A stretch of 63,772 bases of DNA, filler included, from Salisapilia sapeloensis CBS 127946 (lineage: Eukaryota; Protista; Oomycota): assembly GCA_023334545.1 (NCBI GenBank). It is 12 parts of 12 records of this genome, joined end to end, with 100 filler letters (N's around TTAATTAATTAA, not from the genome) between each part and the next. Parts side by side here need not be neighbours in the genome. Positions count along the whole stretch, not along the records: positions 1 to 4,017 come from JAADVB010000699.1; positions 4,118 to 7,574 come from JAADVB010000751.1; positions 7,675 to 11,087 come from JAADVB010000757.1; 9 more parts are not named here. The stretch is one strand, 5' to 3'. Of the stretch, positions 1 to 11,087 are shown piece after piece. The position numbers and the translations under genes are program-made. Numbering within the stretch: position 1 is the stretch's first letter; every line of letters starts with the position of its first letter. The notes under the pieces were generated by a model, which saw only the letters and a list, made by a program, of their open reading frames with translations, ran no database searches and had not been told where the DNA came from.

Positions 1-1670
1 ACGAGACAGCACGAGTCTCCAGCTATGACTTTATTACGCAGGTTTCTTGCTACTTTCGGTTTATTTCTGCTTTGCGTTCACTACCCACCGACTATCGTCT
101 GGATGACACCTCCTCTTGTGCTTTACGTCAACAGCGCGTTCGTCCGTCTACGGCATGCACGCCTCCTACGACTGTACTAGAGATGACCCCGCTCTCCAAG
201 CATGATCCTACGCAGCCACGCAGAGTCTTTCGTGTCGTACTTCAGAAAGCAGACAGTAACTCAGACGACTACATGGTCGGTCAGTACGTCTATCTCAATT
301 TCCCAAAGCTCTCGTCCTTACACTGGCATCCAGCAGCGGTTGCACGTACATCGACAAGACAAGCTGGTGTTATGACCTGCTATGTTCGTTCCGATGAACA
401 GCATCTAACTTCTTCTTTCCATGAACTATACCGCTTCTCTGAGACAACCGAAGCACCACCAGTTGTACACGTAGATGGTATCTATGGACCTCTTCACAGC
501 GTTTACTTTGAGCAATATCGATGCATGGTCCTTGTCGCGCATGACCTCACTGTTACAAGAGTTTTTAGTGTCTTAGAGGAAGCGTACGACCGATGCGTTG
601 CACGAACTGAGAACACCACAGACTTTGGACCTCAGACAGCAGCCCATGGAAAGCAGGTTTGGTTCATCTGGACGACGTCTGACATGGCTTTGCTGCAAGA
701 GTTTGAGCCTTTATTCGCTCGCATCCGTGTATTAGATCCTGAGGAGCAATTTTTCAAGCTTCGTTTATTCTTTACTGGCGAAACTGCGGAGCCTTCCAGT
801 GCTACGACCAGACAAAGAAGTAACATGAATGGATCGTCTGCAGATAGTATCGATGGTGCACAGTCAGAAGGCCGTTTAAGAAGTGCTCGACAAAATAGTG
901 GTGGGAATGAAAACTTACCATATCGAACTTCGGTGTCCACGTCCAATGAAGATTGCCTACACATTCGATCTCGACCTTTCCGTCAAGCACTTGATACACC
1001 TCTGCTGCAAGGACTGTCAGTGGTTTCTAGTTTGTTCATTGCAGCAGCCATCTTGTTGTACGCAGTGTGGAATGAAGTGCATTACCATGACTTTGTCATC
1101 AAAAAGAACGAGTCTGACATACTTGGTAGCGATGACTCAAGTGATGGCACCTTTAATGAGGGAACATTTGACCCTATAAAGCGATTCATAACTCCAGTCG
1201 CGGTGTGCCTAGGTTGCTTAATAGTAGGTGTATTCTTACTTTTGGAGGACTGCATTCAGAGGTTTAAAGAAACCGATCCGTCCAAAACTACACATGGACC
1301 AACCGTTGATAACCAATGTACCGCAGGAGACACGCGGCAACGGCGACAACTGAACGAGTCACTAGTCCTTGCTCGACTAAACCACCGACCTAGCCATGCA
1401 ATACTCGAAGAAATTCGAGCAACATTAGGCTTTGGTGGCAAGAAGATGTCTCCAGCAGACATTCTAAGTTACTACAACGTCACATTGGCTGAGCCGGACT
1501 ATATCACCTTGTTCACTGCCATTGGGCGTAGTATCCCACGAGCACTTGGTCCTATTGGTTTATTTGCCGCAGGTGGGCGTACGTTTCTTCACCAGACGGA
1601 GATGGCAGCAATCCAAGCCTCGAAAGATGATTGTCATGCCATCTTCCGCTTTAAACAAATGGATTTTTAG
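1..1670 (+). CDS. Ferric reductase/NADPH-oxidase-like flavoprotein (FAD- and NAD(P)-binding region), 5' truncated, apparently frameshifted near 150-180 and degenerate
   Basis: GQYVYLNFPKLSSLHWHP, VHVDGIYG and VWFIWT resemble FRE/NOX motifs. The upstream TM-like segment HYPPTIVWMTPPLVLY lies in a different frame (25-180) from the 72-1670 ORF. Confidence 0.7.
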   Translation, partial: ETARVSSYDFITQVSCYFRFISALRSLPTDYRLDDTSSCALRQQRVRPSTACTPPTTVLEMTPLSKHDPTQPRRVFRVVLQKADSNSDDYMVGQYVYLNFPKLSSLHWHPAAVARTSTRQAGVMTCYVRSDEQHLTSSFHELYRFSETTEAPPVVHVDGIYGPLHSVYFEQYRCMVLVAHDLTVTRVFSVLEEAYDRCVARTENTTDFGPQTAAHGKQVWFIWTTSDMALLQEFEPLFARIRVLDPEEQFFKLRLFFTGETAEPSSATTRQRSNMNGSSADSIDGAQSEGRLRSARQNSGGNENLPYRTSVSTSNEDCLHIRSRPFRQALDTPLLQGLSVVSSLFIAAAILLYAVWNEVHYHDFVIKKNESDILGSDDSSDGTFNEGTFDPIKRFITPVAVCLGCLIVGVFLLLEDCIQRFKETDPSKTTHGPTVDNQCTAGDTRQRRQLNESLVLARLNHRPSHAILEEIRATLGFGGKKMSPADILSYYNVTLAEPDYITLFTAIGRSIPRALGPIGLFAAGGRTFLHQTEMAAIQASKDDCHAIFRFKQMDF

Positions 1671-1959
1671 AAACTACCGCAAGTGGATGCAAAGCCAATA
1701 ACACAGTTTATATGAATACCTGTACTCGAGTCATATATGTCAACTTACTACCCTATAGATGTACTTGCGACGCTATTCCTCCCTTCTATTTCTATCCGAA
1801 AAAGACAGTCTCTTGGAGCTCTGTCAATTGTCGGGAAGTCCCTTCGGCTCCACTCACAAGACACGTCAAGAGGATAAGCTCCTCCATAACAACTTGCTAG
1901 AACTGATTCTCTTCCATACTCCACTCGATAAATGCTGGTCCTCTAGAGCAATAATGGGC

Positions 1960-2830
1960 TTAGCTTAAGACATTTGTCCGTCATTATCTCTGCTCATGTT
2001 CGTCATGAACGTGTCTGAATCGTCCCCAACCTCTTTATCCTTCTCTGCTCCGGTCTACGAGATCACAGGCATGAGTTTCTGTAGCATGTTTTCCAGTCCA
2101 TCCTTTTCAATGAATCAACTGCAGCTCTTGTCTGCAAGTCAAGATGCTTCCTTCATCTGCATAAACACCGTGATTTGTTCCGCCTCTATGTGCAAAGAAT
2201 TTTCCTAAAAACACTACTTAGGTTGTTAAAGGCATCGCTGATAAAAACGTGGAACCTCTGACTCATCTCTTGCCACTTGACTGCTTGGCTGATCTCGTCA
2301 TTCGTAAAGGGCCAGTGGAAATCTCGAATGCCTTCTGTCTTAGGTGGTCTATCTTGTGATGTTCCAGTCGATGTGAATATAGTCGCCTGTTGTTCTTGTG
2401 AAGTATTTTTATGGTGCTTTTAGTGAAGGCGAATAGCTCGATGAAGATGAAAAATATAAATCCATAGAAACCTGAGCAAATGAAGAGTATGAAGAAGACT
2501 TATCTGCTAAACTGTCGGCACATGCTAGCACACACACGCCCGTATGCTTTAAAATATGATTACAGCAACTAAGGCCGATACAATATTTCCCTTCCATCAA
2601 TAGTCTCATCAGAAGCGAAAATATAGGAGACGGTAACCCAGAAGAAGAGTGTCAAGTTCATCTTTATGTAGTTGAATGCCGAAAATGGCACATTTACGCG
2701 ATGGAGCACGATAGGATAGACATGAAGATAAGTTCGGTCACGATACCACCTTCTCGACCCACTATCACACTAAAGGCACCGCTGATCTTCTGTATTCGTA
2801 AGAAAGAGTTACTATCTAATTCCTTTCAAT
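1960..2830 (-). pseudogene. Degraded membrane protein with EF-hand-like loops
   Basis: Minus-strand segments: hydrophobic MNLTLFFWVTVSYIF and FLWIYIFHLHRAIRL; EF-hand-like DKSCS*FIEKDGLENML and RDNDGQMS*; several in-frame stops; a GTAAAT...AG intron-like stretch. Confidence 0.4.
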
Positions 2831-3341
2831 TCTTTCAGCTTTCTCTGGCGCATGAAGCTGCAAATGATATCATCTTACATTGGAAGGTCGTTTGGGTTAA
2901 GTTAGAAGCGAGTAAGAGCCGTAAGAAGGGAGAGGACAGCCTCCACGCGAAATGTGAAAGATCTTCGTGTCTGGCATGAAAACTGATCCCTGACAGCTAC
3001 GTAGACTATTATGCAATATAATTTTGCTAATCGAAACGCCGAATTGCGAGTCGAACTCGTCTGACACTACTCCTAGGTTTCGTAATACTTTCCACAGTAC
3101 AGTTTGATTAATTTATTAGTTTATTACGGTACTATTGACTGGTTGTCAATTACAGCTACTCGAGGTGGGATGGAGGGTAGTCCGATCCAAGATAGTGATT
3201 GGGTTCAAGGCACGTGTCCGGCTAACTTTCGTCTTTTTATGTTTTTGAGCTGCGTGCCACGTCCATCATAGCAACTCCACGATATCCACTGAGATGACTG
3301 AATGCCTACCAATCCTTTGCATCAGAAAGACTTTCAAGTCA

Positions 3342-3357
3342 GCATTCCCGTATTTGC
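3342..3357 (+). promoter_or_regulatory. Oomycete INR+FPR core promoter of the FBT gene
   Basis: GCATTCCCGTATTTGC ends 18 nt before ATG 3376 and fits the YCATTYY-NN-WTTTNC consensus. Confidence 0.5.
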
Positions 3358-3375
3358 TCCAGTCCACCGACGACC

Positions 3376-4017
3376 ATGGCATTGGCCAGCAATCAGGCGA
3401 ACAAGGATGCTATTACCCGTCTTTCAACGTCATCCACCGGTGGTCTCATTAAACCAGATGATCCGACCGGTTACATAGCAGCGAAGACTCCTGACCACGC
3501 TCAAGAGCTAGAAGGTGGGGCCCTGCGTCCTGGTGGAGTGCCAAACATTTACAGCAAAGAGCATATTGGTATCCTCATCCAGTATGCTGGGTTGGGTGTC
3601 GTTATCGGTGTCATCTATGATATCGTCTACCCACTTCTGAACAACTATCTGCGCATGTCTGGTGTCGCCCAAGCGTCCACGAATGTATTGACCAACGCCC
3701 CCTGGACACTAAAGGTGGTATTCGGTATGTTTTCGGACTGCTTTCCTATCTTTGGGTACCGTCGACGACCGTATATGATCCTTGGATGGATTATCTGCGC
3801 TATCTGCATGCTGGTGATGGCGGTGCTTCCACTTGGAGAACCATACTACCCGGACCCGAAATGGTCTCGCCTACCTGTTGAAAGTCTCACGCAGGCCCAA
3901 GTGGACTCGATCAACGAAGATGCTCCAGATCGAGGTACTGCGTATATCATTCTGATCTTCATCGCAAACATCGGATTAGCTCTCTCGTTTGCATCCACGA
4001 ATGGTATGATGGTGGAG
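3376..4017 (+). CDS. Folate-biopterin transporter (BT1/FBT, MFS), 3' truncated
   Basis: GALRPGG..NIYSKEHIGILIQY, PWTLKVVFGMFSDCFPIFGYRRRPYMILGW: typical oomycete FBT motifs. Confidence 0.92.
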
Positions 4018-4117
4018 NNNNNNNNNNNNNNNNNNNNNNNNNNNNNNNNNNNNNNNNNNNNTTAATTAATTAANNNNNNNNNNNNNNNNNNNNNNNNNNN
4101 NNNNNNNNNNNNNNNNN
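4018..4117. other. Artificial contig spacer (44 N + TTAATTAATTAA + 44 N). Identical spacers at 7575-7674, 11088-11187, 14799-14898, 24939-25038, 26688-26787, 48194-48293, 49919-50018, 51725-51824, 58893-58992, 62239-62338
   Basis: Eleven identical 100-bp blocks whose core has stop codons in all six frames; ORFs end abruptly at them. Confidence 0.99.
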
Positions 4118-4258
4118 GTGATATCAAATACGTGGTTTGTATTAACAATTGAAGTTTCGGAAGCGTTGCCTAGACTAGCATACAAAAAACAAGTTTAGAT
4201 GGCTGCGACATAACTAAAGTAAAGTCAATATAATGGGACAGCATACAAACTTTCATAT
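4118..4258 (+). repeat. Left TIR (141 bp visible)
   Basis: Exact reverse complement of 7434-7574; similarity stops at 4259/7433. Confidence 0.97.
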
Positions 4259-5008
4259 AAAATGTTTCCGTTTATATGATACCACTCCGCCCTTTGCCTT
4301 GATAGCAAGGCAACGCTGAGGCGTGGACTCGATGAGGCAATCTAGGTAGCCCATTTCGATCTCCGACCATACGTTCAATGTAGCTTGCTATAGTTCATCC
4401 ACCGTTTGGTACTGTTTTCCGTTTCTGTATATTCGAGACGCCATCAACGACCATACATTTTCTATATGGTTACAGTCAGGAGACTGAGCAGACTAGCTCA
4501 TGAAAGTGACTTTTTACTCCGTCAAGAATGCCATCGTTTCACGTAAACTGTAAATCGATGCATGATCCTGTTGGAACAAAAAGTCAGTGCCATGATGTAG
4601 GTGGGCATAAGAAGCATATATTTAGAAATAGTATAGTATAGATGTAGTCACCCGAATTTGTAGGTTGCGTAGAATAGCCCATTCAGTTTTCCAAATACAC
4701 TTAATGCATCCCACACCATAATACTTCCACCATCAATCTGTCTGCATGTGTACTCTCTAGGTTTCTTGCGTATCTCTCTCCAGTAAAACTTGTATTTATC
4801 GAGACCGTCAAGATTAAAATTTTCATCCGAAAAAAACAGTTCAGGAACACATATCTATACAAAAGCTAAGATGATTAGTAACAAAGAGTACGAAACAGAC
4901 AATAAAGAAACATGAATTACCTGGTGTCAATATGTATTGCTCTGCCCACGCCATGCGAGCTTTTTGTGTGCAGTAGACAGCGGCAGCGTAAGTTCCGTCT
5001 TCGTATAT
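4253..5008 (-). pseudogene. Tc1/Tc3-like DDE transposase, C-terminal part
   Basis: AHKK-ARMAWAE, FSDE.FNLDG, QIDGGSIMVW, FQQDHASIY, SAQSPDCNHIENVWS, STPQRCLAI; stops and frameshifts. Confidence 0.85.
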
Positions 5009-5149
5009 TAGAGAGATTTCGCCAATGAGTCCGTATCCACAAGTTATGGATACGGAATCGCTACTTTGTGTTTTCAGAGCGGTTGAAGTCCGTGGCAACT
5101 GATGTTTCTGGAACATTAACACCATTTACTTAGCAGGAGAATGATGAAA

Positions 5150-6202
5150 TGACCGGATGAAGACGATATCGCTTTGTTGGAGATGCTGTGGTGCCTCAAG
5201 AGGCGAGTTCTGTTTGCTAAAATGTGTTCGGAGCTTATCGTGGAACGTCCTCTCATACCACAGAGCCGAATTGCGTTAAACAACTTTTTAGACGCTGACT
5301 GCATGATCGCTTTTTGTTTTAATCTTCGAGTACACGAAACTCTCGTGTCACATCTAAAGCTACCCATGGTACTCATCACCCCTTCATGAGACCGCTGCTT
5401 CTCTAGTGAGGCAATCATCATCATGCTATATCGACTTTCCTATCCAGTCCGTTTTACTAGAATGAGAGTATTTGGAAGATCTATTTCATCGCTGTGCCAA
5501 TTTTTTTACTAAAATCGATCTCGTCTACGTCAAATGGCAAAAGCATCTTTATCTACCTACGAATATTATCCGTCGCCGTATTACGCTATACATGAATACA
5601 GTGTAGAAGCGAGGTGGCATCGTACCAGGTGTCTTTCGCTTTTTGGATGGCGCAAAGGTCGCAACATGCCCGATATCCCGCAAAAACAACATGCAGAAAC
5701 AGATTTATAGTGACCATAAGTGTATCCACTGCCTTAACTTTTAGTGTATAACCATGCCGGACGGTTTGTATGGACATTTTACGGTTCAATTGAAGGCAAA
5801 ACGCATAACTATGCTATACTGAGGATGAGTAAACTGCGTGATAAACTTTTTAAACACGATGGTGTATTCCACGACAAGTTTATATATGGAGACCCTGCCA
5901 ACGGTGCTTCGACGTACATCATATCGCCTTACAAAGGTGCAGATCTCACTTCAAGGTAGCGCACATTTAACAAAGCGATGAGCAGTGTACGTAAATCCGT
6001 GGATTGGTCCTTTGGCCGTATGAAAATGTTATGAGCTTTTATTGATTCGAAGAAAAGTAATAAGGTTATGCTCTCCTCAGTGGCGAAGGTCATGTATGTA
6101 GCGATGCTAATGACAAACTGTCATTGCTGTTTCAATCGAGGACATCAAATCTCAAAGTATTCCAATCTACCGCCGCCAGAACTAGCCGAGTACTTGGTCT
6201 AG
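5150..6202 (+). pseudogene. Harbinger DDE_Tnp_4 (HARBI1-like) nuclease
   Basis: RPLIPQSRIAL..DADC, FLDGAKVATCPI, QIYSDHKCIHCLNF*CITMPDG, YGSIEGKTHN, FIYGDPA, FNKAMSSVRKSVDWSFG; stops and frameshifts. Confidence 0.82.
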
Positions 6203-6221
6203 CCATCAATTATCGTGTTAT

Positions 6222-6903
6222 TCACAAAGATAGAAAGCATAGCCAAAGTTTTTCACACTCAATCTCTGCAAGCCTAATGCGCTCTTTTCGGTCTTCGTCT
6301 CGCTCACGTCGGCTGTCCTCCCGTTCAAGACACCTCTCTGCTAGTTCCTGATGTCGTAGTTCAAGTTCTTCTCTTTTTAGTCGGTGTCCCGACTTGTTTC
6401 TTCTGCCAACGATTTCAATATAGCAGCTACTTTGCTCTTTTTAGCATGCGAATCATGATCCGTAGAAACCTCTTTTCGTTTGCCAAGGCTTTACATAGCA
6501 TGATCACGAGCTTCCGTTCCGGCTGCAACATCATCCTCTTTTCTTCTTTTATTTTCTTCTTTTATTTTCTTCTATTAGTTCTGACTCGGCCTCTTGATGG
6601 TCGTTAAGCTGCGATCTTAAGCCGTCAAGCAACTCACGTCTCTCCTCATACGTTTCCGATAATCCAGAAGCCTTAGCAGAGACCTTATCAGCGTCTGCAT
6701 GCTCCTTAAAAAGATAAATGAATCGATTGTGCGCCTTGTTCCGTCGACTTCAATCGTAAACACCTCGACGTCGCTTATAGTACACGCAAGCCGTTGACAA
6801 GCTTCCATGGTGCCGCCTTCTTCGTCTTGAAAGGCAGATCGGCGTTTACTTGGCGCAGTAAGATGGTGTCGTCCTCGCTCATCCAGTCCTTCTTCTCTCC
6901 CAT
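6222..6903 (-). pseudogene. Harbinger Myb/SANT-like DNA-binding partner gene
   Basis: MGEKKDWMSEDDTILLRQVNADLPF followed by a charged coiled-coil tail; frameshifted. Confidence 0.7.
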
Positions 6904-7049
6904 CCGTTTGTTGTTTGCGGACCCAACTCCGTAAATATGACTTTTTCTACGGACTGCAGTTCGTAAATGGAGTACAAGCCATTTGTTTTGGACCATCTAT
7001 GTATAGGCTACACAGATACGGATACGGACTCATCTGCAAAATCTCTCTA

Positions 7050-7332
7050 CTCTAGAAAGTCAATATTTTATGACAATCTTTGTAGAGTACGGACAGAAGT
7101 CTTCGATCCTATCGCACTCTTGATCAATGCAGCGCTCGTCTCGCCTTCCGCCGCCGCTCGAGCCTTCTTGCTTGCTATCGGGGCTGTACCCGAACCGGAC
7201 GATCCGCCTAACGCTAACGCTTGTCCGGCCACGGGCGGACCGTTTTGCGATGGAGCTGATGGATGTGCCGCCTTCGTACTGGCCGACCATCCACCATTAC
7301 TCCCCCGTTGTCAGCTCCTGATCTCTTCCCAT
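7050..7332 (-). pseudogene. Tc1/Tc3-like transposase, N-terminal HTH part
   Basis: MGRDQELTTGE*WWMVGQYEGGTSISSIAKR ... SVRTLQRL; rejoins the C-terminal part in frame when 5011-7047 is removed. Confidence 0.7.
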
Positions 7333-7433
7333 TCTAATCTTTTTCTGACTGACTCGTGTTTGTTTAGGAAGGTCAGCGGCGTGGGAACGCCGAGCGATTT
7401 AGCCCTGCCATTTCGGTGCTATATTTACTTGTA

Positions 7434-7574
7434 ATATGAAAGTTTGTATGCTGTCCCATTATATTGACTTTACTTTAGTTATGTCGCAGCCATCTAAACT
7501 TGTTTTTTGTATGCTAGTCTAGGCAACGCTTCCGAAACTTCAATTGTTAATACAAACCACGTATTTGATATCAC
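7434..7574 (-). repeat. Right TIR (141 bp visible)
   Basis: Exact reverse complement of 4118-4258. Confidence 0.97.
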
Positions 7575-8362
7575 NNNNNNNNNNNNNNNNNNNNNNNNNN
7601 NNNNNNNNNNNNNNNNNNTTAATTAATTAANNNNNNNNNNNNNNNNNNNNNNNNNNNNNNNNNNNNNNNNNNNNGAAATGGAAGAATGAGGCATTCTCTA
7701 TAAGTATGTAATTCGACCAAGGTTACCACTGCAATGCGTGGCAGAAGTTGGAATGTTTGGCATACCGCATCTTGCACATACTACGGATGTAGGCGAGGAT
7801 GATCCTAAAGGACAAGATAGATAGACATTCTCGAGAAGCCCGTAATGGAGCAGATCAACCCGCGTACATTGACGTGACCCGGCCCCTTATGGACAGCTTT
7901 AAATATGTAGTGGAATGGGATGCGATGGGAGTCGTTCATGGCACTATTCCGCTACTTTTGAGGCAACATTGAGCTTTCGTTGTAAGTGGCTTTCGATTTT
8001 AAAGTTCCCATCAAATTGTCTCGGTGGTTGCCATTATCACAGGTGTAGATAGAAAGCTTCTGTGCAGACATGTAAGAAGACGACTCCAAGGCAATCGAGA
8101 GGCAAAATCTATGGCCAATACGCGATCGTAGAGAAGGTACCCGCCCAATTATTCGCTGTTTGGAAAGTAGTTGATGGGCATAGGGTGGTCTGGAGAGAGC
8201 ATGGTCGCCGTTACGACGAATGGAATGGTAAACGAGAATCGCGGATGAGGTGCTGCCACCGTACGATTTTACTAAACGAATACGCTGTCATCAGCTAGAA
8301 TAGTTCAAAAGCTTTAGACTGTCTTGAATCCAAAGACAAACTTTTATTCTCTAGATTTCGAC

Positions 8363-10219
8363 CTAAGCCACAGCTTGGTATCCATTTTGACGACGTTTCC
8401 ACGCGGTCAGAGCAAATGCAACTGCTGCGACTACTACGGCGAGGCCTGCAGCGATGAGTATCCAGAAAGTATAGCTGTGCTCTTCAGAGGTAGTGGAGGA
8501 TGGATTGACATCACGACGTGATCCTTTCAGGATCTCGCTTCTTGAAGCACCCAGTAGCTCCTGCGTCATGCACTTGGTTTTGGCTAGGTTCGCATACCAC
8601 TTAGCGGCAAGACGAGGAATGCGTTTCAGGTCAGTCGCCTTGGGTTCATAAAAGTCCTTAGAGCCGATTTCTTCTGGGAAGTCAACGTAGTATAGACCAA
8701 GACGCGCATCGTAGTATCCCCATCTCTATCACGCAGCAACATCAGCAGACCATTTAGATACCTATGAAAAAGACAAACCTACATAGTTGTCAATGTGCGA
8801 CCACGTAGTATATCCGATGACCGGGATGTTCTCTTCATAGATAGCTTTGTGCACTTGGTCGAGGTACGCCTGGAAATACCACAACTGAGTATTACTCTCG
8901 ATAACGTCATTGCCACAATATCCATTCTCAGTCAGCAGAATATCTGCTTCCGGGTCGAATGAGTGAGTGTACTTGAGAACCTGCATATAGCCTTCCGGAT
9001 GAGCGGCCCAGCCTTGGCAGTTATCTGTACCATTTTGGTTCTTTGCAGCCATGATGGCTCCTTCTGGGAAGTGCGTCTGCCAGTCTGCTCCCAGATCCTT
9101 TTCGAATCCAGGCGAAAGGTCCTCACATTTGACGTTCGATGAAGGAGAGTCGCAATCAGTGACCAATGTAGATGTGTAGTGGTTCATCATGAAGAGGTCA
9201 TATGATCCCTTTAGAAGAGCCTTCTCTTCTGGAGTGAATTCAGGGAGACGGCCCCCAACGCGCTCCCGCATGGCAGCAGGGTAGTCACCCGTCACAATCG
9301 GGCTTAGAGACCATCCGATAAAGAATGTAAGCAATCGTTCAGCAGCGTTCACATCATTTTGGTTGTCCGGGTCAAGAGGGTATGAACCACCAGTGGGGAG
9401 CACGATACCGATGCGAGCATCCTGTCGTACGGCACCTGCTGTCTTGAGGTTGCGGAAGTTATCCACAGCCGCGGCGTGCGAAAGCAGGATGTGATGCATG
9501 GCATAATATGCATAGGTGTCCGAGCCAGACATACCAGGAGCCACTTGTCCAGTGCCGTAACCATATTGTGCTGTGATGATGGGTTCATTGAAAGTAGTCC
9601 AGTACTTTACTTTCTTTCCGAATTCGTGGAAGATGAGGGTGGCATATTCCTCGTAATGACTGATAATCTCCGGACTGAGCCAGCTCGGAGGTAACAGCTC
9701 AGTGTGCAATTCCGACGGAAGGTCCCAGTGGTAGATTGTGAGGACTGGCTCGATGTTCTTTTCGATGAGCTTGTCGACTAGAGCATGATAGAAAGCGATC
9801 CCCTCTGGATTAGGCTTCATCCGCTCGGTCTCCGGGTCCCAGTTCATCACACGAGACCAGGAGATGGAGAACCGAGAGGTATCATGGCCGTCAGCGACCA
9901 TAAGATCCACATCCGATGAGTAGCGGTGGTAAAAGTCGTCAGCGACGTTGCCGCATGCCAAGCCTTCCCTCTCACGACAGAAGCTAGAAACACAAAGACA
10001 TTAGCTACGAATATTTTATGGTAAGGATGACAATACGTACTCATCCCAGATACTCGGTGTACGACCACCTTCATCTACTGCTCCCTCAACTTGATAAGAT
10101 GCGCCCGCGGAGCCGAACAAGAAGTCAGAAGGGAAGCACTTTGTGCCTTCTGAAGCAGAGGTTGAGGATACGAGTGCGATCGCGGCAGTAACGGCCAGGG
10201 TACGTATCTTTCCAAGCAT
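8363..10219 (-). CDS. Glycoside hydrolase family 1 beta-glucosidase with signal peptide and C-terminal TM helix (3 exons)
   Basis: [24 protein letters not shown] (acid/base), LTENG (nucleophile); two GT-AG introns near 10040-9985 and 8783-8726; tail [26 protein letters not shown]. Confidence 0.93.
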
Positions 10220-10559
10220 GGTCGCCTCTTCTGTCGGTATAGGCAAGAGCCGAAATGAGATCGAGTCGAATCTGCATGGCACGAACCATCAAGCTAGTCG
10301 TGTTTGAAGTTCAATGCAGCTTGTAAAAGTGCGCAGAATGTCCATTTTCATCGTCACCTGTTTGAAGTCCAGACACTGAATAATAGCTTGTTCTTGACCT
10401 TTTCACTGTGCTATCACTCCACCTCGAATGGACTAGATCCTTAGCATAAAACCAAGAGTGCTAATTTATAAGAACTATCTGCAGAAAGCTCGTTGTTCTA
10501 TCGTAATATCCGTCATGTGAATAAAGTATATGGTTTGTCCATACCAAGCAGTGACAGAA

Positions 10560-11087
10560 AATTTGACACTTCGGAAATGCTCCACATCCCAGGACTTTCA
10601 ATCGCAAAGACCATTAAGTTGCTGGTTGTGTGGGATTGTAACTCTTAACGGTTGCAAAAGCTTTAAAGGCCGTTTCGACTTCAACTTCGATGACCAGATC
10701 GCTGAAACTCCTATTTCCTCTATCGCATTTCTTCTTTGCTTTACACTTCAGCACCCATTCCGAAATGGATACCAAGCGAATGCATTTCCTTTGCTCAGCA
10801 TTAGATTTGCTTAAAACCAAACAAGACAACTAAAGCTACACGCTTCATTGTTTTACGCTCGTGGAAACCTGCACAGACTCCCAAAACTCTTTCTGATGTG
10901 GCGTTCATTGAAACCCGAGCATGTGGGTCATTTTCGACGCAGTGCACAGCTGTGAGAACCCATTGGGTTGGATGAGTGCACCAAAACAAGGGTATTGACG
11001 CGTTGCGATTGTGGCAGTGTACGACATTGCAATCAGCTCTTGACCCAATGCGGATGAATAACTAACATCAGGTATAGATGGTTGTGA
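10560..11087 (-). pseudogene. Trypsin-like (S1) serine protease remnant
   Basis: CFGALI/ (frameshift) PTQWVLTAVHC matches the CGGxLIxPxWVLTAAHC catalytic-His motif; SDLVIE further on. Confidence 0.45.

Larger units (their letters stand above)
5011..7047. mobile_element. PIF/Harbinger-like DNA transposon nested in the Tc1 transposase
   Basis: Imperfect inverted repeat (27/30 over 5009-5038 vs 7020-7049, flanking TA included); convergent nuclease and Myb/SANT-like genes. Confidence 0.8.
4118..7574 (-). mobile_element. Tc1/mariner (Tc3-like) DNA transposon, defective, with a nested insertion
   Basis: Perfect 141-bp terminal inverted repeats (4118-4258 and 7434-7574); split transposase on the minus strand. 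Confidence 0.88.

Noticed and set aside
4062-4073. Recurrent TTAATTAATTAA palindrome as a biological repeat or CRISPR-like array
   Set aside because: Always centred in identical 44-N flanks; an artificial six-frame-stop spacer
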